From a virus (Duplodnaviria; Caudoviricetes), in the IMG/VR virus record IMGVR_UViG_3300030372_001749, positions 1-59,518 of that record: a stretch of 59,518 bases of DNA; one strand, 5' to 3'. The notes under the pieces were generated by a model. It saw only the letters and a list, made by a program, of their open reading frames with translations, was not told the DNA's origin and did no database searches. The translations under genes were made by a program, and so were the position numbers. Shown piece by piece: positions 51,928 through 59,518 of the stretch. Position 1 is the first letter of the stretch. The number at the start of each line of letters is the position of its first letter.

Positions 51928-54363
51928 CTATCTAGGTTCAAATTCTGCAAGGTCAAAACCATCCAAACTATCTTCGTTTGACTCAAAGTTTATAGCAGGT
52001 AGATTACGTTTACGTTGTTCAATCATTTTAGATTGCTGTGTATTCCCCATACTTATACGTGCAGCTTTAGCATCCTCCTTCTGAGTTTCTCTAGCATCAA
52101 TCTGTGATTGTTGAACTCCTTGAATCTGCATCTGATAGTTAAACTCTACTGCCATTAACTGACGCTTAAGGTCAGCCTCGTTCTTTTGTTTCTCAATCTC
52201 AAAAGCAATCTCCGCCTGCTTCACTTGTATTTTAGCCTGAAGCTCCATCTGTGTTTTCTGCATCTCTGCCTGAGCCGACTGTTGTTGAAGCTGTGACTTT
52301 AACTGAGCATCCATCTGTTGCTTCTGCTGCTCCATCTGTTGCTTCTCTGCCTGTGTCTGTTTACGCTTTACTTTAAGAAGTTGATTAGCCATCTTTAAGT
52401 TATTTATAGTTCTAATATCTATAGCATCTTCTAAATCAATACCACCATTCTGTAAAGACATCTGTATATTTTGTTCAAGCTGCGCTTTTTCCTCTTCATC
52501 GGGTGTCATCTCTATAAATATACCAAAGTCATAGAGATATAAATTTTTAATATCCTCTAATATACCTAAGTTATATTTACCAATCTGCATAGCAAACTCA
52601 TCCTTAAAATCAGCATACTGTAAAACATCTGCAGTTCTAATAGATAAACATTCCGCTAATGTTCTAGTGATATATAAACTAGCATTAAGTATATGCCTTG
52701 TTGCTACATTAGAATTTAAGGCTGCTAACTTCTGAACCCCAACTAAAGAATAAGGGTCTGGTGTTGAACCGTCTCTTGCTTCATTTAATCCTGTAACCTG
52801 TCTTAGCATTCCTAAGTAATGGTTATAGTTTCCTATAAGCATCTGCATTTTACTTTGACCACTATTAGATGTAAGCTGTTGTATAGGAACCCTAGCGTTA
52901 TTAAACTCTCCATCCTGAGTGTAGCTTCTACCTACTACACTACCTGTCTGGAAGTATAATCGTAAAGCATCTTCAGGATTGTATGCTGCTCCTGTACCTA
53001 GGTCTACCTCACTTAATCCATCGGCATCTATAAATACACCATCCGGTACAACCTTAGCTACTACCTGTTGTATTTTTAAATGTGTTATCTGTATAAGGTC
53101 TGCAAAAGGAATCATTCTTCTAACCAAAGATTCTAATACTCCTTTATACATACGTGGTGCACACGCTACATAGTTAGGCATAGCAAACTGGTTTGCAGAA
53201 TTAGGTCTTACCATATTCTCCATCATTTGCCATTTCAATAAGATGTTAGTACCCATAACCATGACACCCTCATACCATACATCAATTCTTTTTTCTACTC
53301 TTTCAAAGTTTCCTTCCTCCATCATTTCTTGTGGTGGATTAAACTCATCATCCTTCTCTACAGTCTTAAAAGTGCCTTCAGATAATTTTTTCTTTTTATA
53401 TACGAAAGTATTAGTAGTCTTATAATTAAAATATAATAATGTACAAGTATCTCTTGCGAACATACTATTCTCATACATAGCAGCTACATTATAATAATCG
53501 TACCACGATTGACTATATCGAGATATTTCTTCCATCTCTTCATTAGTAATATCTGGGTCAATCTTAATAAGTTCTGCAATAGGAACTGTTTTAAGCTCAC
53601 CCCAATAAAAACAATCTTTAAAATAAGGGTCTTCCGTATAACTATATACAACATTTGCTGGGTCAACATACTTAACACGAATACCATCACCCGCTTGAAA
53701 CTCATGCTTACACATTCCTATACCTAGTGTTGCAATATCGTAATCTACTTTTTTACGTACATCAGAATAGTGACTTTCTTCAAGCATTGTGTTAATAGCA
53801 ATCTCATTAGCTATCTCAATTCCAGGTTTGTAGTTAAGCTGCATATATAACTCCATCTCTGTATCATTACCTGGTAAAGTTTCAGGGTCTGTTTGAAAGA
53901 TACTGATACCAAAGTCTTGCTCAACCTGTTTAAATAAATCTTTATTTACTACATTCACCTCTACCATTCTTTGAAACTCATTACGTTTCTCTGCCGACAT
54001 TGCATCCATAGCAATACAGTTAACTTTAAAAAGTCTATCCGACATTCCGTTAACTACAATATCTACAAACTTTGGTATGATTGGAACAGGTGTCCAGTCT
54101 AAATTAAGATACGATAAATCTCCATCTACCGCTAATTCATTTTTATATTTTGCTACAGACTGCTCGCCTCTTGCATACAGTCTTAATTTATGGAACTCTT
54201 GCCATTGGTTATAAAACCTACATCGCATTCCGTCCTTTCTAAACCACTCGTATTGTATAGCTTGTCCTACCTGTAAGCCAAACTCATCGGATGCCTTTTG
54301 TCTATCGGTAGCAAATTGGTCAGGAAACGCAGCAGATTTAATACTTATCTTAACATCTTTCAT
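51928..54363 (-). CDS. Portal protein
   Basis: 811 aa after terminase; PIIPKFVDIVVNG, VTGLNEARDG; Gln-rich C-terminal barrel. Confidence 0.85.
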   Translation of the reverse strand: MKDVKISIKSAAFPDQFATDRQKASDEFGLQVGQAIQYEWFRKDGMRCRFYNQWQEFHKLRLYARGEQSVAKYKNELAVDGDLSYLNLDWTPVPIIPKFVDIVVNGMSDRLFKVNCIAMDAMSAEKRNEFQRMVEVNVVNKDLFKQVEQDFGISIFQTDPETLPGNDTEMELYMQLNYKPGIEIANEIAINTMLEESHYSDVRKKVDYDIATLGIGMCKHEFQAGDGIRVKYVDPANVVYSYTEDPYFKDCFYWGELKTVPIAELIKIDPDITNEEMEEISRYSQSWYDYYNVAAMYENSMFARDTCTLLYFNYKTTNTFVYKKKKLSEGTFKTVEKDDEFNPPQEMMEEGNFERVEKRIDVWYEGVMVMGTNILLKWQMMENMVRPNSANQFAMPNYVACAPRMYKGVLESLVRRMIPFADLIQITHLKIQQVVAKVVPDGVFIDADGLSEVDLGTGAAYNPEDALRLYFQTGSVVGRSYTQDGEFNNARVPIQQLTSNSGQSKMQMLIGNYNHYLGMLRQVTGLNEARDGSTPDPYSLVGVQKLAALNSNVATRHILNASLYITRTLAECLSIRTADVLQYADFKDEFAMQIGKYNLGILEDIKNLYLYDFGIFIEMTPDEEEKAQLEQNIQMSLQNGGIDLEDAIDIRTINNLKMANQLLKVKRKQTQAEKQQMEQQKQQMDAQLKSQLQQQSAQAEMQKTQMELQAKIQVKQAEIAFEIEKQKNEADLKRQLMAVEFNYQMQIQGVQQSQIDARETQKEDAKAARISMGNTQQSKMIEQRKRNLPAINFESNEDSLDGFDLAEFEPR

Positions 54364-56606
54364 CTAATTATTTGACTTTTATTGCTGGTGTTATTGTATC
54401 TTGCAAAGTTAATACTTATTTTTGATTTTTCTTTAGACGGTGTATATAAGTGCTTTTGGTTAGCCATAATAGCTAATCCTGAACTTATAGCCGCATCAAA
54501 CTTAGTTCTATTTGTAATATCAAACTTAGCCCAATCCTCTAACGTTCTACCAAAATACATATCTCCCATATCTCCTGGGTCTCTATACGTTCCTTCAAAA
54601 TCTATACCTACATACTTTTCTATATACGACTCAATAGCAGAAGCATGTGATTGTTTTACATCCTCTGAAGAGTTAGGTATACCACCTAGCTCTCTTTCTG
54701 TTTTAGAAAGTTTAGTATATGTCTTATCTGGTCTATTCATAGAGAATCCTCTATACCCCCTATTCTTTAAATGGTATAATAATCTAGGTTTATTATTCTC
54801 ACATAGTATAGGCATTCCATAAAATACTAAAGCCATTAGTACCTCTTCAAAAAATATTTCTGCTGTCTGTGGTCTAGCTATATACTCTAAAAAGAAATGA
54901 TTAGACGGTGCCTCTTGCATATTAAACTTAGTTAAACCATGCAGTGCACCGTTAGAGCCTTTACCTAATACCACCCCTGATATATCGTAGGAGTCACAAC
55001 CAAATGAACCGATAGACTCATTCCCTGGTTTCTTTATTCCTTTTTCTATTATAACGTTATTCTGTAGGTGAGGTGGTGGTGTCCAGCTTACCTTAAACCT
55101 CCCATCTCTTTGTGGTGTCCATATAACCTTTGAGTCTTTTACACCATCCTTCCAATGGAAATAACCTGTAGTTATGTGATGGTCCATTATTAAAGAATCG
55201 TTATAGTCTATCTGTTGGTATATCTTAGTAAGGTTAAACAAAGAACGTTTACTCTCATCTCTAAATGCATGTGACTCTGTACGAGGAAACTGTCTATAAA
55301 ACTCATTCAATGCATCCGCATCGTTTTGTAAAGACTCTACCTCGTTGGCCCAATAGTCTATAGCACCCATAGTAATATCTTCTCCATCTATCCCACGTAT
55401 AGGTTTATCAGGAGTACGTAATACGGGCATACCGTATATATCTATATATCCTTCAAAGTTCCATTCCATAGGAATAAATAAACAATATAACCCACTCTTA
55501 GTCTGCCCGTTAGAGTTTCGTTTAGATGGAAAAGAATCTGCGTATAAACTTTTAAAGTTTCTACCTCCCTTATCTAAAGCGTTAGATGTAGAACCCATCA
55601 TACACTTACCAATAATCTTACTACCTAAACGTAGACATGTCTTTGTTACACGCCAGTTGTTTAATATATTATCAGGCTTCTCCCACTTACCACTCTCATC
55701 GTGTAGTAACAACTGAAGCTTCTCACCATCGTAGCTGTTATCTCCTGTATTCTTCCAGTCAATAGTAGTGTCTAATCCCTCTAGCTCTTCATCCGCTATG
55801 GTAGACATATTCTTTTTTGTAATCTTAGATGCAGGAACCCTATAGGCTAATTCTGTTTTAGGTTTATCCATACCATCTTGAATAGGTTTAAAAAAGAATG
55901 GGTAGTTATTAGATATAGGCACAACCTTATCGGTAAACATCTTCTTAGCATCCGACCCTGTCTTAGATAGTATACCTATCCTAGAATCTTTTGTAATCGT
56001 AGCTTTGTTTACTCCTTCACAGGAACTCATAAAAGAAAAGCCTGAACGTCTTATTTTTAAATAACACATACCAAAACTTCTTTTATCTGCTTTACATGCT
56101 TCCCAAAAAATATAGAATATCCTATTAGCTTCTCTAAAGTCGGGGTGACCTACATCAATCTTAGTCCACTGCAAGTACATATAGTGTGTACCTGTAATGT
56201 AGGTAGGTTTACCATTATTCATAAACCAATAACCCTGCTCTCTCCTATCAAACTCCTCCTCTATATATTCTACCCATTTACTTTTAAATACATCAGGTGT
56301 TTCATGCCAATGGAATATAGACTTAATACGATGTAGTTCTCTTGAAATTTCTGTAGGCTTCCAATACTGTTCTTCTTTCTTCTTAGACCTTTTATAAATT
56401 TCTTTGGGTGGTTTTGGTAATCCAATCTTTAAACCATTAATTTCAATAACAGTCTCTATCTGTCCTGTCTTAGATATAACAACTACATCGTACTTCTCAT
56501 TGTATCCATACAACCAGCTCTTTCCTCTATTCTTAGTACTTAATACCTGTTTAGGAATATAGTTTTCTATAACCTTATATAAACTATTTTGAGTTTCTTT
56601 CTGCAA
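54360..56606 (-). CDS. terL: Terminase large subunit
   Basis: LKIRRSGFS, LLLHDESGKW, GCDSYD, LCENN, KFDAAISSG. Confidence 0.9.
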   Translation of the reverse strand: MQKETQNSLYKVIENYIPKQVLSTKNRGKSWLYGYNEKYDVVVISKTGQIETVIEINGLKIGLPKPPKEIYKRSKKKEEQYWKPTEISRELHRIKSIFHWHETPDVFKSKWVEYIEEEFDRREQGYWFMNNGKPTYITGTHYMYLQWTKIDVGHPDFREANRIFYIFWEACKADKRSFGMCYLKIRRSGFSFMSSCEGVNKATITKDSRIGILSKTGSDAKKMFTDKVVPISNNYPFFFKPIQDGMDKPKTELAYRVPASKITKKNMSTIADEELEGLDTTIDWKNTGDNSYDGEKLQLLLHDESGKWEKPDNILNNWRVTKTCLRLGSKIIGKCMMGSTSNALDKGGRNFKSLYADSFPSKRNSNGQTKSGLYCLFIPMEWNFEGYIDIYGMPVLRTPDKPIRGIDGEDITMGAIDYWANEVESLQNDADALNEFYRQFPRTESHAFRDESKRSLFNLTKIYQQIDYNDSLIMDHHITTGYFHWKDGVKDSKVIWTPQRDGRFKVSWTPPPHLQNNVIIEKGIKKPGNESIGSFGCDSYDISGVVLGKGSNGALHGLTKFNMQEAPSNHFFLEYIARPQTAEIFFEEVLMALVFYGMPILCENNKPRLLYHLKNRGYRGFSMNRPDKTYTKLSKTERELGGIPNSSEDVKQSHASAIESYIEKYVGIDFEGTYRDPGDMGDMYFGRTLEDWAKFDITNRTKFDAAISSGLAIMANQKHLYTPSKEKSKISINFARYNNTSNKSQIIR

Positions 56607-56862
56607 ATCCTTTTGGGGTATTCGTTTTCTTTTCTGCTACGTTACCATCTAACATAGCTCTCTCTTCTTCGATTCGTTTAAGTATTTCAAACGCATCAAA
56701 GATAGCAAGTTTTTTTGTAGCCGCTGCGTTCTTTAATCTATCGGCAGCTAATGGGTCTTCATTATCAAATTTAATAATATCCTCCTTAGCTACTTTAACT
56801 AATTGCTTTACAGCTTTCTCTCCTGCCTCTATTATACTAAGCTTTATCTCCCTTGTCTTCAT
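56584..56862 (-). CDS. Putative terminase small subunit
   Basis: Helical ORF overlapping the terL start. Confidence 0.45.
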   Translation of the reverse strand: MKTREIKLSIIEAGEKAVKQLVKVAKEDIIKFDNEDPLAADRLKNAAATKKLAIFDAFEILKRIEEERAMLDGNVAEKKTNTPKGFAERNSK

Positions 56863-57049
56863 CTACCTCTGGGTAAAGTTTTTTTATTTCTTCTAATGCC
56901 TCCTCATGACCTGGCATATGCTTTACAATCTGTAAGACTCCTAGTACCATATCTCTAGTTTGTTTTTCTTCTAAGATTAAAGTTTGTAGGTTTGTTGTCA
57001 AAGCCTCTACTTTTGCTTTGAGTATTCCGATGTTTTTTTGTACTCCCAT
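56837..57049 (-). CDS. Coiled-coil hypothetical
   Basis: ORF track. Confidence 0.55.
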   Translation of the reverse strand: MGVQKNIGILKAKVEALTTNLQTLILEEKQTRDMVLGVLQIVKHMPGHEEALEEIKKLYPEVDEDKGDKA

Positions 57050-57056
57050 AGTTAAA

Positions 57057-57617
57057 TTAAATTATCATTGTTATATTATTTGTAAACATTCTATAAAGTT
57101 TTTCTCCCTCTATAGTAAACTCATATTCACTCTCTGGTTGAAAAGAAATCTCATCCCCTACCTTTACACCTAGGTCTAGTAACTCCTGGTTGATATATTT
57201 TACTATACCCATTAAAGGTTCTTCCCCTCTCTTCATTATTGCAGACTCTCTAGCTTTTATAGGTTTTATAAAACAATACTTACTGTGGCCTCTCCATTCA
57301 CCATCTTGTTTATATAGAAAGAATTGTTCATTGTCTACAAGAAATAAGTTTTCTTTTAAAAAACTTTTACCACTCTTCTGTCTACCATACATATCGTAAT
57401 AAAACTTAAATACATTATGATGTACGATAAGAGTGTCACCGACTTTTATTGGACCTTTATATGCTATAGGTAAAGCTACTACTTCTGCCTGTCTGTTAGA
57501 AGATATATGGTCTTCTTGAGAGACACTAGTAATAAGCTCCGCTCCACCTACCTCCTTTACATTGTCATACCTTCTATCTTTCAAAGGTGTAACAATGAAG
57601 TTGTGTGGGGACCTCAT
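57057..57617 (-). CDS. Tandem GroES-like domain protein
   Basis: Two units: FIVTP...AEVVALP...IKVGDTLIV and FIKPI...GIVKY...VKVGDEISF...IEGEKLYRM. Confidence 0.65.
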   Translation of the reverse strand: MRSPHNFIVTPLKDRRYDNVKEVGGAELITSVSQEDHISSNRQAEVVALPIAYKGPIKVGDTLIVHHNVFKFYYDMYGRQKSGKSFLKENLFLVDNEQFFLYKQDGEWRGHSKYCFIKPIKARESAIMKRGEEPLMGIVKYINQELLDLGVKVGDEISFQPESEYEFTIEGEKLYRMFTNNITMII

Positions 57618-57835
57618 TAAAAGTTTATATTATATTCTAAAGATATAGGCATAGTGTTCAGAAACTCTTTCCATAAATATACCTCGTCTCCCTTTTGAAT
57701 CCATATCTTATAAGATATATCTCCTGATTGAATAAGATGTATTTTATGTAGACCTCCTAGAACATCTTGCCCTACAATGTAATGCATGGCTCCAGACTTA
57801 TAGTCTGCACCGATTGATATTTTTCTAATGTCCAT
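57617..57835 (-). CDS. Hypothetical protein
   Basis: IRKISIGADYKSGAMHY.VGQ. Confidence 0.7.
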   Translation of the reverse strand: MDIRKISIGADYKSGAMHYIVGQDVLGGLHKIHLIQSGDISYKIWIQKGDEVYLWKEFLNTMPISLEYNINF

Positions 57836-57858
57836 TTCATTTAATTTAAATTTCTATT

Positions 57859-59517
57859 TTACCAACGTAAGGAAAGGTTTACTAAAACTCTTAATCCTGA
57901 TACAAACGTTGTATTAGTTTCATATGTTATAAAAAATCCATAACCTGGTTCTAATGTTTTTAAAGCGTTAGAAACCCATGTTATATCGCCACAAGCAAAA
58001 CCACCTGCTACTGTTGTTAATGCTACGGAACCTGCTTGCGTAGCTGCTACACCGCCACATAATTCAATCTTCCATAAACGAATAGTATGAGTAACTGCTT
58101 CATCAGAAGCAATTTGAACTTTACCATTACACATTACTAAGTCATCTACCCCTGATGTACAAGCACCATCACCTGGGTTTATGAAAAATGTACCCCCTGC
58201 CTCTGCTCCATAATTCATAGGAGCCGCTGGATTAACTTGTAGTACAAATTGGTCAGGTCTAGGAATAGTATCATTTTTATCTAAAGTATAATAGGTTCCA
58301 GCCGAATAACTCGCATTAGTAGTATAATACTTAAATGTTTGTACACCATGTGGATTATTTTGTGTTGGAACTTGCCATGAACCATCAGCACGCAAGAAGT
58401 GTGTTGTCTGTGCAACTGCCGCAGAACTTGGTACGTGTCCTACATTTGATGAGCCATCAAACACATTAGGTGTTACAACCACAGCTCCTGTTGTTGGAGC
58501 AATAGTTATAGGTGTACCTGTTGATGTTCCTGCTCCCGCTGCTGTTACCGAAGCTACCGCTCCCGTTCCCGCTGCCGACCAATTTATATTACCTGCACCA
58601 TCAGATGTTAATACCTGACCTACAGCTCCTGTACCACCTGCACTATCTTGTATAGTAGTTGGTCTTATAAATCCTGTTAAGGTTATATTTTGAGTAGCAG
58701 TATTTCCTGCGTCCAAAACTTCTTGTAATGTATTATTTGGTACAGTTGGCGTAGCCCATTCTACACTTGTACCTGTAGCTGTTAATACTCTCCCTGCTGC
58801 TCCTATACTACCACCTGCCCAAAGAGTACCTGTTACACCAAACGCTAAACCTGCTGTACTAGCAGTATTACCTCCTGCTGTAAATGTATTATTACCATTC
58901 CACTCATTTGTACCAGAGGAGTTAATATTATTATTACTCCCAAATATAGTTGTACTTGTTCCTGAAAATGTTATCCCCACACCTGCCGCAGCATTACCTG
59001 CACCTAAAACTTGTTGTAATGTAGGTATTGCTAAACTAGGTAATGTAGTTGACCATTCAACTCCTGTAGCTGTAGATGTTAAAAAGGAACCTAAAGCACC
59101 TGTAAGTCCAGCACTATCATTAATCTGACTTGTACCATCAAAACTTAAAGTAGAAGCAATAAGGTTTACAGTAGTACTTGAAAACTGAGTAGTTCCACTA
59201 ATATCCACTGTCGCTGGAGTTTCTACCGCAAAAATACCACCAGCACCTTTAACGGTTAATGTAGCACTTCTTACAGTAATGTCGGTTGTTGATGAGTTTC
59301 CAATATCAACAACATCTTGTAAGCTACAACATGTAACCGTTGGGCTATCTATCCATGCGATACCTGTTCCAGTAGAACTTAATATTTGTCCTGCGTTTCC
59401 TGTAGCACCTTGTGCTGTTACCGTTACAGGATATATATCAGTACAAGATATATTACCAGTAAGACCTGTAAGTACAATAGGTTTTGTGGCTGTGTGGCCT
59501 GTATCTAATACAGACTG
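57859..59517 (-). CDS. Tail fibre, C-terminal part (open to the contig end)
   Basis: Repeated LQ.VL..GN and G.AGQVLTS.G modules; FLRADGSW; the frame stays open upstream of 59208. Confidence 0.8.
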   Translation of the reverse strand, partial: QSVLDTGHTATKPIVLTGLTGNISCTDIYPVTVTAQGATGNAGQILSSTGTGIAWIDSPTVTCCSLQDVVDIGNSSTTDITVRSATLTVKGAGGIFAVETPATVDISGTTQFSSTTVNLIASTLSFDGTSQINDSAGLTGALGSFLTSTATGVEWSTTLPSLAIPTLQQVLGAGNAAAGVGITFSGTSTTIFGSNNNINSSGTNEWNGNNTFTAGGNTASTAGLAFGVTGTLWAGGSIGAAGRVLTATGTSVEWATPTVPNNTLQEVLDAGNTATQNITLTGFIRPTTIQDSAGGTGAVGQVLTSDGAGNINWSAAGTGAVASVTAAGAGTSTGTPITIAPTTGAVVVTPNVFDGSSNVGHVPSSAAVAQTTHFLRADGSWQVPTQNNPHGVQTFKYYTTNASYSAGTYYTLDKNDTIPRPDQFVLQVNPAAPMNYGAEAGGTFFINPGDGACTSGVDDLVMCNGKVQIASDEAVTHTIRLWKIELCGGVAATQAGSVALTTVAGGFACGDITWVSNALKTLEPGYGFFITYETNTTFVSGLRVLVNLSLRW

Positions 59518-59518
59518 T
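59114..59518. repeat. Imperfect terminal direct repeat, copy B
   Basis: See 1-414. Confidence 0.9.

Overview
The window looks like an essentially complete, circularly permuted ~59.1 kb genome of a Bacteroidota (probably Flavobacteriia) podovirus-type tailed phage. Host group is inferred from many TAnnTTTG promoters and A-rich, SD-less start contexts. The minus arm (26.5-59.5 kb and 1-10.2 kb) carries terminase, portal, scaffold, capsid, crAss/phi38:1-like tail genes, ejection proteins, a 3116-aa polyvalent protein, tail fibre, a lysis cassette, many tiny basic proteins and GroEL/GroES. The plus arm (10.7-26.5 kb) carries small early genes and a recombination/replication module (Sak3-like annealase, RecE-like exonuclease, primase-helicase, SF2 helicase, VRR-NUC, HNH, two DnaA-domain-IV-like proteins). 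No DNA polymerase, integrase, canonical tRNA or CRISPR was recognised. Main signals: (1) an RNA-structure system in the early region, made of ten GTCTCG-N4-CGAGAC hairpins at gene boundaries, a type III hammerhead ribozyme and two covarying anticodon-less tRNA-like elements; (2) a 58-codon gene hidden in the +1 frame of the giant protein; (3) candidate antisense RNAs against early-gene start motifs; (4) genes flanked by direct repeats; (5) two divergent versions of a tail-fibre segment at the contig ends. All family assignments come from reading motifs by eye; no searches were run.
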